A DNA stretch of 64,000 bases from Octopus sinensis (taxonomy: Eukaryota): positions 49,910,001 to 49,974,000 of the forward strand of contig NC_043004.1 of the NCBI RefSeq assembly GCF_006345805.1. The letters run 5' to 3'. The notes under the pieces were generated by a model. That model was not told where the DNA came from and did no database searches. It was given only the letters and a program-made list of their open reading frames with translations. Shown here piece by piece: positions 26,484 through 39,034 of this stretch. Position numbers and translations under genes: made by a program. Position 1 is the stretch's first letter. Every line of letters begins with the position of its first letter.

Positions 26484-27434
26484 ATGGACCATAAGCGATC
26501 AACACAAGATTCACGTGAAGAAATTCCGATAGATATTTTAAAACCTGTATTACATCTTACGGCGCTCTCTGGTCAAGACCTTTACCCGTCAGGTTATCTC
26601 ACCAAACCCCAAAAGACTTTGTTCAAAGTTTTCAAAATTATAGTTTCATTATTTTTGATTTGGAATATAATACGCTTATATTATTCATTTTATTATTGCA
26701 TCAGCGGTGGAAGAGTTATTGTCTTTTTATATTTCATGCTGTTTTATTCTTTGGAAGTTTTTAAGTATGGAATGAAGTTCATCACCAATGCCGTGTACGG
26801 CAGAAGATTGCTTAAGAAATATGCTGCATGTGCTGTTTCTCTAAGTGAGCAAAATTATTTGAGGAAAGTAAAACTGGAGATGAAATTGATGGTAGGATTT
26901 TCGACTCTCATGATAATCTTTGGTATAATATGTATCGTAATTTCTTTCTCTAATACTGATATTGCAACATCTTCCGTGAGAGCTTTACTAGTTATGCCTT
27001 TTTGGCAGAATAAAGCTTTGGAAAATACAAACTTCGTGATGTTAAGCTGGTTTATCGCTTCTGGAATACTCAGCGACGATATACTACTTTATTTCTTTTC
27101 GAAAAGTATCTGTTGTGAGCTGCACGCCCTCTCACAAAAACTGAAGCTGCTCCACGAGGAAGAACAATCAACTAGCGACCTTAACAGTAAATTGATTCAC
27201 ATTCAGGTGAAATACGAAGAGATAATGGAGCTATTGCATCATGTCAATGCCAACTTCTCCGGCTATACAATCACCATCTTCATGTGCGCTATTATTTTCT
27301 CGTGTCTGCTGATCCTTGTCGCATTTCAAGAGGACGTCAGCGGGAAAGAAATAATCATTGCAGCATTCTACACATTATTGAACATTGGGTTGGCCATCTC
27401 AGTCCTCTACAGCGGAATATCGATACAACTTGCT
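26484..27434 (+). CDS. GRL variable exon V3; spliced isoform ~409 aa
   Basis: 317-codon intact frame from MDHKRST to LYSGISIQLA, with a good Kozak context (caacATGG). A GTATGT donor is at 27435, and an in-frame stop follows immediately in the intron. Confidence 0.88.
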
Positions 27435-27604
27435 GTATGTTGATAACTTTATTTACATGCACTCATATATATATATATAAACAAAATCGAACACGCTTAT
27501 ACGGTGGGGGGGGGGTTAGTTCTGGGCATGTTCGTTCGATTTTGTTTATATACCTCGAAATGTTTCTAATTCACTTATGTTGTGTGTATATATATATTTA
27601 TATT

Positions 27605-27636
<32 letters not shown>

Positions 27637-27800
27637 CACACGCACACACATGCTAACTGCAATAAAAGTGGATTTCAATAATTCATATCTTTACAGATAT
27701 TGAAAGTACTTATTTTGGAGTTTAGTGCACAACGTGGATAATTATTTAAATTTAATTGGGAAAACAGTTAATCTATATTCAGTTCAATTACATTGAAACT

Positions 27801-27982
27801 TGTTATGTCGCACGTTCGAGGGGGGGGCTTCTACTCAACACTACTCTACTCTGACCGCTACTCAACTCTTCTCTCCACTCTGCACTACTGCCCTACTGTG
27901 CTGCTCCTGACGTCTAGACTTCTCCCTCTATATCTACGTATTGGGCTAGTCTACTTCATCGTCTGGGGGCGTCCACACAACA
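27801..27982. mobile_element. 182-bp solo LTR
   Basis: TGTT..AACA termini flanked by a perfect 5-bp target-site duplication AAACT (27796-27800 and 27983-27987). Confidence 0.8.
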
Positions 27983-28928
27983 AAACTCTATATTCGTATA
28001 TTCAAAATTCACGTCTGTTTTCCGTCTCGTATGATGTTCCAGAACCGTATAATCTATCTCAGCTGTAATTCCAGTAAAAGCAGCTTTAAAACGCTATTTA
28101 AATTCTGAAATGTTCCTAAGACAAGTATATCCTTGATTTGATATATTACTCTAGAAAGGAGTTAGGCATTGGTCGAAAAATCAAAGATTTCCGGCACAAA
28201 AACTACTATTTTAGCATATCAAGAAATCTTTCAGAATTGAAATTTAAGGGGTCAACAAAAAAAGAAACAAAACAAAAAAGCAACAAAAGAAAACCACTCT
28301 AGCTATCTAGTCTAACTAATCCGTACCTTTCACACATCCACACGTTCATTTACATGGTTACCGATATGCAAAGCGGCGGTTTATACCCATTTCTCCTGCC
28401 CAGTATTCACTTTTTAAGTAGAACCTAATGGTTTTTCCAACTCAGCCCTTTATGCTTCAAAAGACTTTTATAGTAGCACGACCCATTTCATTTTCCTTTA
28501 CTTTTGATATTTGACTTGTATTTACTGTCCTGTTTGTGTCTCTACCAGGCAGTTTTGTGTTCTTCGTAGAAGTATTAACTTCTTTATTCTATTATCTACA
28601 CCGGTTTTCCACGGTAGCGTTTAACCACTAATGTTCATCGTTCCCTTCTTGACATCATCCTCGATCACGATGAGCGCTTGGCTCTTCTCACTCTTTGCAA
28701 AATTAGTAGCATCTTTGATTTCTGATTTTTGCCTGCGTTAACCGCTTCTTCGTCTTTCATTATACTTTCTAGCTGATCCATATACGACTGACAAGGAACA
28801 AGAGCGAATGATTTTATTTAAGTCTAATTTGGAATATTCTTATACTCAATAATGCATCAAGACTTTTTTTCTCAATCTACTTACATATCTCTCTCTCTCT
28901 TATCTCTCTCTCTTTCTATATATATAGA

Positions 28929-28983
<55 letters not shown>

Positions 28984-29024
28984 TATATGATACAATATAA
29001 TATATTATAATATATGTAAATATA

Positions 29025-29070
<46 letters not shown>

Positions 29071-29084
29071 TTTTTTTTAATCCA

Positions 29085-29371
29085 AACGGGAAACAAAAAA
29101 AAAACAACAATGGAACAATTACAGTATTATTATTAATAGGCGCTCAGAAAAAGGAAGCAGGGAGGTATGACGTTTCGAGCGGAGCTCTTCGTCGGAAACA
29201 TAAAGAAGGAAGAGAGAGGAAAGAAAGATCCCAGAGAGCGGGCAACAGGGAAGAAAGAAAAAAGACGACTGGTGTTTACGAGTTGCACATGGTGAAGGCG
29301 GATGTTTACGAAAACAGAGCAAAGTGGGTTTTTAAAGGCAAAAGAGTGGAGGACAAGGTTGGTAACGCAAC

Positions 29372-29416
<45 letters not shown>

Positions 29417-29423
29417 CATACAT

Positions 29424-29512
<89 letters not shown>

Positions 29513-31240
29513 TATATATGTATGTAGGTATGTATGTATGTATGTATGTATGTATTGAAGTATTCTCAAAAAGAAGTAGGCCTCACTATATCAGATATAT
29601 AGGATAGTTCATTTAATTATTTCAATAATTGTGTGTGTATATGTACGTGTGTGTGTGTGTGTATGTGTGCGTGCATATATAGATAAAATGAAATATTAAA
29701 AATTATAATAAAATAAAGTTGATATAAAATGGCGCAATTAAAAACAAAAATGAAATAAAGTTGCTTTGTTGCAGGAGGCTGTAGGGACAGTCATTAGGAG
29801 GAGGGGGTGGTGTTTAGTTCGAAATGGATAGTTGCTCATAGATGAAATATAACGCTGTTCCAGGCGGAATCGCGAGTGTGTGGCTGCGTGGTGCAGAGCG
29901 AGGCCATAGACGGAGATGTTAGAGGGGGACTGGTTGGCCAAGCGGAAGTGACGGGTGACGGGGGTGTTCAAACGTAGCCGATTATCCCTTAGATGTTCGA
30001 TGAACCGGTCGGCCAGCCGGTGGACCGTCCGACCTACATATACTTTACCAGAGGTTGCATCTAATACAGTATATGAGGCTAGAAGAGGTACAAGCGAAGG
30101 AATCTGTGATGTGAAGAGTGTGCTAGTTAGAAGCAGTGAGGGAGGTAGTGTTGGTGATGAAGGGGCAGGTGTGGCAGCGGGATCTGGAGCGCGGGAAGGA
30201 TCCGGATGGGGCTGGGGGAAGAGGTGAAGGTGCTACGGACCAGTAGATTGCGTAAGTTCCGAGCGCGTTTAAAGGACAAAGGTGGGTTGGGGGAAAATGA
30301 GGCTGGTGGTGGGATCGAGCTGGAGACGACGGAAGGCCCGTAGGATCCTCCGATGAGGGGGAAGGGTGGAGCGGTGGAAAAGGAGGGGAAAGGGGGTGCG
30401 ATTAGGGGACTTGTGTGGGGAAGGAGGGAGGGCGGTGGTGCGATCGATTCGACGAGCGCGGACAAGGGCGGTTTGGACAAGGATTGGTGGGTATCCTCGA
30501 TGCATGAGCAGGCAGGCAAGGTACTGGGACTGGGTCTCGAAGTCCTGGTCCCGGCTGCACAAGCGTCGGAGGCGGAGGAACTTGGGGTATGGGATGGCCC
30601 GTTTGGTGTGGAAGGGATGGGAGGAGGAGTATAGAGGTGGAAATCTGTGGGTTTGAAGAAGGCGGTGGTGGTGCGAGAGTGGGAAAGGAGGTCAATGGTA
30701 AGAGAGATATCAAGTTCACCGACGAGTTAGAGATGGTAGAAGTAAACTGGAGAGAGGGGTGGAAGTTAGAGAGGAAAGAGATGAAGTGGCAGAGTTGTTC
30801 ACGGGAGAGGGAGATGGCACCTATACAGTCGTCTATGCAGCAACCGTATAGCTCTGGGGTTGGTCCGGAAAATTGGGAGAATACTTGCGCCTCAATGTGA
30901 CCAACATATAGGTCGGCGAAATTGGGGCCCATTCTCGTTCCCATCGTGACCTCAGACCCCTTTGGTAGGCTTCCCCGGCGAACGTAAAGCAGTTGAGGGT
31001 GTGGACGAGCTCTGCCAGACGGAGAAGGGTAGAAGTGCTGGGTGCTGGGTGTGCAGGGCGACGGTCGAGGTAGTATTAGAGGGCTAAGTGACCGTCGTTG
31101 TGGGGAATCACCGTGTATAAGGATTTGATGTTGAAGATGCAGAGGTGTGAGGAGCCGGAAGGGAAGGAAAAGAAATTGAAGAAGTGAAGGGCGTGATTAC
31201 TGTCGTGTATATGGGATGGGAGGGCTATACGCAGGTGAGT
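29085..31240 (-). mobile_element. 5'-truncated, frameshifted Penelope-like retroelement (RT plus GIY-YIG plus pLTR)
   Basis: Minus-strand RT motifs NIKSLYTVIPH, MGTRMGPNFADLYVG and CIDDCIG. A GIY-YIG-like YVGRTVHRLADRFIEHL lies near 29980-30035. The 3' repeat region at 29085-29365 contains a hammerhead-like motif. Confidence 0.85.
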
Positions 31241-32926
31241 AGGTGAGTGTGCGCGTGAGTGTATGTACCTGCACGTGTACATCTGTGTATGTGCGCGCAT
31301 GAGTATGTATTTGTGTATGTCTATGAATGTATGCGATATGTGTGTATACTGATCGATATAACAGCTCTGACTTCAGCAGGATGTGTTATTTCTACTGTGC
31401 AAAGATCGCTTTCCCTCAGTTCGTTTCGAGACCCTTGACTTGATGCTAAAGTCAACATCTCAGAAGTCTTATGAAATAGTTTGTAAGTGGTGGGGTCTAT
31501 ACCAAGGAAAGCTTTTGTCATAATTAGTGGCTATCGTAATGTTAACTTCTATGTTATTAAAAATCTGTGATTTTCTCTGAAAGAACCTAGATTATAATTA
31601 TTACATCTGCATGATATAAGCAACCTGTCATCTCGATATAATCCAAAATTATTGTTAGTGAATTTATACGTAAGTACGTCTAGTATGTACAGGCCGACTG
31701 GACATATACATTATCACTGTCATTAGTGCCAATAGAGACATTAAATCGATCTACTGCTTCAAATTTCATGACTCAGAAAGTACTTTAAGTGATGTAATAT
31801 TTAATGTAGATTATAATCGTGTACAAACTAACCGTAAGTCTTAAAGTTAGACTTAAGATTAGCGTTAACATGGTTTGAAAGAAAACATTATCAAGGAACA
31901 GTTAGAGCCCTTCCAAAATAAACAAATTTCGAAATAAGTACTCGAGATTATAAATTCTAAAAGTCCCAGTTTTGAAGCTGGGTGATTTTCTCCAAGCATC
32001 TGATTGTCAATACATTATCTATTTATCTATAATTTACATATCAATAATGGGTGGTACCGATAATGCGTGACAAAAGCATATGTTGTATGTGCATATCTGT
32101 ATGTGTGAGTGAGCGCTGGTGTTTGTTTTGTGTGTGGGTGTGTAATATATAAGTACATGTGTAAATAGTGTCAGTACTCCATTGAGTGATTGTGCTCTCC
32201 TCCATAGCAACTGCTGAGGTTTTATGCATCATACAAGCAAAATATTCTATAAACCATCTCAGCATTATATTATATACATCACTTCAACACTATTTTATTT
32301 TCACGCCATCTCAAAGCCATATCATATGCATAATCAGCCGAACACTATCCTACATGCAAAACCACAACATTGCATTATCCATAATGCCTGAATATCATAT
32401 TATATACATGAACATTGGGCCAATGATCTCCGTTTCATTCTCGAATATAGCTCATCACTGCAACGTTATTCTATCTACTTTATAAAACGTCAGGTTTTGA
32501 ATCAGAGTCCATTGTTTCTCTTATGCGATGTGTTACATTATTTTGTAGCCGTAACTAATAAATTGGAGCTTTTAATGTAAAAAAGTATTTAATAACACCC
32601 GATTTTACAGCAATTATCAGTACAACTATAACGACCATAACAACAGATATCCCCATCGCTACTATAATTACCGACGTTCACTACCTCTACCAACACCACT
32701 ACAGCCATCACAGCCAAAACATATTACTATGCCACCATTAGAGAAACATTTCAAGACACTGTAATGACGTTTGGCAAGGAAAACAATATACTCGCAAACC
32801 TCTCCCAAGTTCTGGCGTAGCAATTATAGCAGAAAACGAACCAAAGAATATATAGTCACAAACTTATAATGTAATACCATTTGTCATCTCTAGTATTGAT
32901 GTATCTACATGCAGTAAATCCACCAC

Positions 32927-33876
32927 ATGGACCATAAGCGATCAACACAAGATTCACGTGAAGAAATTCCGATAGATATTTTAAAACCTGTATTACATCT
33001 TACGGCGGCGCTCTGGTCAAGACCTTTACCCGTCAGGTTATCTCAACCAAACCCCAAAAGACTTTGTTCAAAGTTTTCAAAATTATAGTTTCATTATTTT
33101 TGATTTGGAATATAATACGCTTATATTATTCATTTTATTATTGGATGAGCGGTGGAAAAGTTATTATCTTTTTATATTTCATGCTGTTTTATTCTTTGGA
33201 AGTTTTTAAGTATGGAATGAAGTTCATCACCAATGCCGTGTACGGCAGAAGATTGCTTAAGAAATATGCTGCATGTGCTGTTTCTCTAAGTGAGCAAAAT
33301 TATTTGAGGAAAGTAAAACTGGAGATGAAATTGATGGTAGGATTTTCGACTATCGTGATAGTCGTTGTTATATGTATCATAATCTATTTCTGTAATACTG
33401 ATTTTGCAACATCTTTCGTGAGAGCTTTACCAGCTGTGCCTTTTTGGCAGAATAAAGTTTTTGAAAATATAAACTTCGTGATGTTAAGCTGGTTTATCGC
33501 TTCTGGAATACTCAGCGACGATATACTACTTTATTTCTTTTCGAAAAGTATCTGTTGTGAGCTGCACGCCCTCTCACAAAAACTGAAGCTGCTCCACGAG
33601 GAAGAACAATCAACTAGCGACCTTAACAGTAAATTGATTCACATTCAGGAGAAATACGAAGAGATAATGGAGCTATTGCATCATGCCAATGCCAACTTCT
33701 CCGGCTATACAATCATCATCTTCATGTGCGCTATTATTTTTTCGTGTCTGCTGATCCTTGTCGCATTTCAAGAGGGCGTCAACGGGAGAGAAAAAACCAT
33801 TGCGGCATTCAACACATTATTGCACATTGGGTTGGCCATCTCAGTCCTCTACAGCGGAATATCGATACAACTTGCT
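32927..33876 (+). pseudogene. GRL variable exon V4, frameshifted near the 5' end (pseudo-exon or sequence error)
   Basis: About 95% identical to V3. Two +1 insertions (~33007 and ~33046) put the ATG at 32927 out of frame with the 271-codon ORF 33064-33876. The GTATGT donor at 33877 is intact. Confidence 0.75.
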
Positions 33877-34199
33877 GTATGTTGATAACTTTATTTACAT
33901 GCACTCATATATATATATAAACAAAATCGAACACGCTTATACAGGGGGGGGGGTTAGTTCTGCGTATGTTCGTTCGATTTTGTTTATATATCTGAAACTG
34001 TTTCTAATTCACTTGTGTGTCTGTATATATATATATATATATAATGATATATATATATATGTGTGTGTGTATGTATGTATGTATGTATGTATGTATGTAT
34101 GTATGTATGTATGTATGTATATGTATGTATGTATGTATGTACTGGATGTATAAATTCGTTCATACATTTTTCCCTATATTTTAGTCGTTATTTTTCAGC

Positions 34200-34864
34200 G
34201 ATAATTTTGACAAATGGTTGTGGAACGAAACATCTTGCAATGAGGATCGATTGAAACGAGCTCATTGATGAGGATCCGCAACATTGTATTAGAGAATTAG
34301 CTCAGAAGGAGTATATGGTGTGTGCTTTATAACTTCTCAAGCGATTTCTTGAAATATAGTCTTGCTCAAATTAGAACGATTGAGCGATCATTGTCGTGTT
34401 GAAATAGGACACCGTGTCGCTCGCTGGTCGGGTCGTTTCTGCTAGATTAACCTTCTACTGAAGGCAACAGGTGACAGTATTATTGTGAGTGCGTCCGATC
34501 CGCAGGGCCAAATCACTTGTGTATTAGTGCGGATCTTCATGAATGTGCTCGTTTCACTCGATCTCCATTGAACTGAACGCAAAGTGTCTGTGAGGCTGAA
34601 GATCTCCTCCATGAAACCTGAAAACAATTGCTGTGCATTTCTTTCAGTAATAGTACCTTCTCCGTACGAAGCATAAATCTCCTGAGTAGCTTTGGCTGAT
34701 TTGAAACCATGGCTGATAGCGAAGAGAAGCATTTGTCGAAAATTCTCACTTTTTTATCTATGATACTTAACACTCCATGAATAAAAGTGAAATTTATTCA
34801 AATTTGAAAATGATATGAAAAAGATTTGAGAAAGAAACGAACGAATTTACTTGCCAAGCCAATA
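34200..34864 (-). mobile_element. Degenerate mariner remnants
   Basis: Minus-strand N-terminal HTH LLFAISHGFKSAKATQEIYASYGEGTITERNAQQ, with a TIR-like TATTGGCTTGGCAAGTAAAT at the right end. A second short fragment (ELIDEDPQHCIRELAQ) is on the plus strand at about 34255-34310. Confidence 0.65.
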
Positions 34865-35063
34865 TATTTTTGTATAACTTTAGTTGCTGTTATTTAAATA
34901 TATTTCCATAGACGTCTAATGCCTGTACATATCAGTGTATATTTCTTGTGTCGTTGTGTATAGATGTCTATGAGTGTTTCTTTATGTATGGACGTAAGTA
35001 GAAATCTTATGCATATATATATATTGTGTGTATAAGCGGTTGCACCTCTTTTTATCTATGAAT

Positions 35064-35153
<90 letters not shown>

Positions 35154-35257
35154 TATAGATATATATATATATATATATAAATGTCCAACCGTACTCCTTG
35201 TTGACTCCAATATTTTCAATTATATATATATATATAGTATATATATATATTATATAT

Positions 35258-35389
35258 ATTTATTATATAGAAGGAGCTTCTACAGGACTAGAACTGTTTC
35301 ATTCAAGAGAAATCTTCAGGAAGCTTCCTGAAGATTTCTCTTGAATGAAACAGTTCTAGTCCTGTAGAAGCTCCTTCTATATAATAAAT
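35258..35389. repeat. Perfect 132-bp spacerless palindrome containing a hammerhead-like motif on each strand
   Basis: 66-bp arms centred on AAGCTT (35321-35326). Each arm reads CUGAAGA..GAAAC..CUGUA. Confidence 0.9.
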
Positions 35390-35476
35390 TTATTTTACTC
35401 TGCTATGTATTGAGTACCTTATTTTACTGTGGTTAACCCCCGAATCAACCCGGGACCTACATATATATATATATAT

Positions 35477-35543
<67 letters not shown>

Positions 35544-35579
35544 GTCCAACCGTACTCCTGTTGACTCCAAATATTTTCA

Positions 35580-35619
<40 letters not shown>

Positions 35620-35719
35620 TACACGTATATAATCTGTGTGTGTGTGTGTGTGTGCGCGCGCATATGTGTGTGTTTGTATGTAGCAATGTATGCATGCGTA
35701 TATGTATGTACACTTTACA

Positions 35720-35850
35720 TTCTGAGTTCAAATTCCGCCGAGGTCGACTTTGCCCTTCATCCTTTCGGGGTCGATAAATTAAGTAACAGTTGCGTACTGG
35801 GGTTGCTCTAATCGAATGCCCCCTCCCCTCAAATTTCGGGCTTGCTCCTA
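35720..35850 (+). mobile_element. SINE body fragment (related copies at ~9550-9610, ~46590-46740 and ~50085-50140 on minus)
   Basis: Recurrent GTTCTGAGTTCAAAT(T/G)CCGCCGAGG..CTTTCGGGGTCGATAAA motif. Confidence 0.7.
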
Positions 35851-35861
35851 GAGTAGAAAAA

Positions 35862-36151
35862 AATATCTAATGTAGATTGTGATGGTGTATAAACTAAACT
35901 GTAGCTTCAAGTAAGACCTAAAAATAAAAAAGCTTGGAAGTAAAGATTATTAAGAAAGAGCAAGCCTTTCATTGGAGAAGACTACTAAATAAGATAACTT
36001 TATGAAGAAAATGTTTAAATTACCAAATAAGTATTGGAAATAGAAATTCTAAACTCTCAGCTATGGAGTTGGATATTTTTTCCAGGTTAACTGATCGTCA
36101 ATATTTTATCTTTTTATCTATAGCGTACAATCAATAATGGGTGGTACCGAT
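35862..36151 (+). promoter_or_regulatory. Orphan paralog of the variable-exon upstream block (candidate V5 upstream region)
   Basis: Aligns with 25355-25620 (AATGTAGATT..GTAGCTT..CTGATCGTCAAT..TCAATAATGGGTGGTACCGATA). It is followed by a microsatellite and then the gap. Any regulatory role is inferred. Confidence 0.55.
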
Positions 36152-36483
36152 ATATTGCCTGCGTGTGAAGCGGTCTCTGGTGTATGTTCATGTATGTATA
36201 TGTGTATGTATATAAATATATATATAGGAATATATGTTTCTATGGAATTACATCCTCTTATGTGTGTATGTGTGTACATGTATACATGTGTGGGGGTGGA
36301 TGTGATGGATGTGTATATGTGCGCGCGCGTGTGTATATATATACATATGTGTGTGTATGTATACATACATGCACGTGCATGTACACATGAGTATATTAGT
36401 ACAGTTATTCATGTGTGTGTATGTGTATTGATATATGTATATGTGTATGTATATGTATGTATATGTGTGTATGCCTACACACA

Positions 36484-36522
<39 letters not shown>

Positions 36523-36607
36523 ATATGCATGTATGTATAGGTACGTGTGTGAGTGTGTATAAGTGGTAGAGATGTATGTGTGTATGCATATATGTGTGTA
36601 CATGCAT

Positions 36608-36707
36608 NNNNNNNNNNNNNNNNNNNNNNNNNNNNNNNNNNNNNNNNNNNNNNNNNNNNNNNNNNNNNNNNNNNNNNNNNNNNNNNNNNNNNNNNNNNNN
36701 NNNNNNN
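36608..36707. other. Assembly gap (100 N)
   Basis: Read directly from the sequence. A round 100-N run usually means the true size is unknown. Confidence 0.99.
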
Positions 36708-36740
36708 TATATATATGTGGTATATATGTATCTATATATA

Positions 36741-36804
<64 letters not shown>

Positions 36805-36816
36805 TACATACATACA

Positions 36817-37301
36817 TCTCTATTTATAAACTGAAATGCGAAAAGTTTGTTTGTCTGGTTTTGGCATTGAGAACGGGTTAAAGGCCACTAGATCCCGTCG
36901 GATTGACTCCAACATTTACAGGGACATATAAAATGAGGTGAGGATGCCAGTGGGCTAGGTTAGAAATCCTTAAAAAGTGTCGTTGCTAGGGCCAAAAACG
37001 CACTTTGACAAGTCTACTCATTCTTTTATGTATCTGTCTTCTCCGTCACTCACTCTCTTTCCTCCTTTCCCATCACTTTCTATATATAACGTCGTTTAAC
37101 AGCGACTAACTCCCCTTCAAATCTCTTTATAACGTCGTGAAACAGCGGTCTATATCTCCCCCCTCCCCGCCTTCGACAGCGCTTTCACACACTCTCTCTC
37201 TCTCTACGTCTGTCTGCATTCATAGAGAGAATTATCATCGCCACCACATCCATACAATCATGAGAACAAATATTATGAATCAGATATTTATTGGGTTAAT
37301 T

Positions 37302-37359
<58 letters not shown>

Positions 37360-37895
37360 CTATATATAAATATGTATATTAAACTTTTTTAATACTTTTT
37401 GATAGTTATATTTTTTGAAAAAATTATAAATATAAATTAATAATTTTAATTCTAAATTTTTAAATTTTATATTTTATATATTTTGTATATCATATTTTTA
37501 TTTTTATGTTTTCGTTTATGTTTTTCACTGTTTGATTTGCCTAATAGTGGTTTTATCTCTAATTTAATTTATATATATATATGAGGGAGAATCATCATCA
37601 TCATCATCATCGTTTAACGTCCGTTTTCCGTGCTAGCACAGATTGGACGGTTTGGCCGGGGTCTGGGAAGCCAGGAGGCTGCACCAGGCTCCAGTCTGAT
37701 CTGGCAGTGTTTCTACAGCTGGATGCCCTTCCTAACGCCAACCACTCCGTGATTGTAGTACGTGCTTTTTTCGTGCAGTCAAGGCGGCGCTGCCATCGGC
37801 CACGTTCGGATGGTGCTTTTTACGTACCGAAAGGATGCAACAGAAAATAACAACCACACTCTTACCCGCGCGTAGAGCGGGTCACCTTAAGCTAG
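36817..37895 (+). mobile_element. Non-autonomous Helitron-like element with nested SINE
   Basis: A^TC start, hairpin plus CTAG^T end, and near-identity to 18815-19430 and 20840-21203. Confidence 0.65.
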
Positions 37896-38962
37896 TATGC
37901 ATATATATATGTATGTCTGTATGTATATGTATATACCTCCCGCAACAAGCAACTTTTTTTATTTCTTATTTCTTCCTTCCCTTTTTTTCTTTTATTCCTT
38001 TCCCTACGTACTATTACGTTTTTTATATCATTTATGTTTTTTTTATTATTTTATTGTTTTTATAAATTATTGTCCTTATACAGAAACACATACCACACAT
38101 ACTCACGTATCCACGAACACACACATATTTCCAACACACTACACACACACCACACATTACAACATACTTCACATAATACGCACACACACTTCAACACCTA
38201 TACCACACAACACCCGCACACACACACTACACACAGTACATACACACACCCCACACAGTATGCGCCACAGCTACCTCCACAAACAATACTCATACAGAAC
38301 ACACACTTATACGACACATGGGCACACCCACACACACATACACGCACGTAACCGCACACACGCACGCACATTACGACCCACACACATAGGACACAAAAAA
38401 ACACCACACATGACACACTCATACACAAATTCACATATACACCGATACATATACATACACACAATATATGCCTACACGCGCACGCACACATACACATACG
38501 TATACACATATAGGCACAGACACACACGCACACATACGCACACATAAACATGCGCACACATACGCACGCACTCAAAACTCACAACCCCACGGATACACGC
38601 ATATACATCCATATACGCTTACATACACACACATACAAACGCACACGTACACGCACACAGAACTACACGCACATACGACACGCACGCACATACATACGCA
38701 CACACACAAATGAACACACACATACGTCCCATACACACGGCACACAATTATACATACACGCACACAATTATACATACATGTATACACACATACGCACGTA
38801 CAAGCAGACACGCACACATACACTGAGTAAAGCACAGTTTCCGACGAAGAGCTCCGCTCGAAACGTTAAACCCTCCTTCTTTCCTGAGCGTCCAATAATA
38901 CTATATTTGTTCCACGTCCTCGCGTTGTTGAGTTTCTTTTGTGCTTTCTGTGTTGGATTAAC

Positions 38963-39034
<72 letters not shown>

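Larger units (their letters stand above)
24706..34030. repeat. Recent tandem segmental duplication carrying V3 and V4 (units 24706-27766 and 27767-~34030)
   Basis: 24737-26483 and 31178-32926 are about 98-99% identical by hand comparison. Both units begin with AGTTAATCTATATTCAGTTCAATTACATT. Unit 1 lacks about 3.4 kb present in unit 2. Confidence 0.9.
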
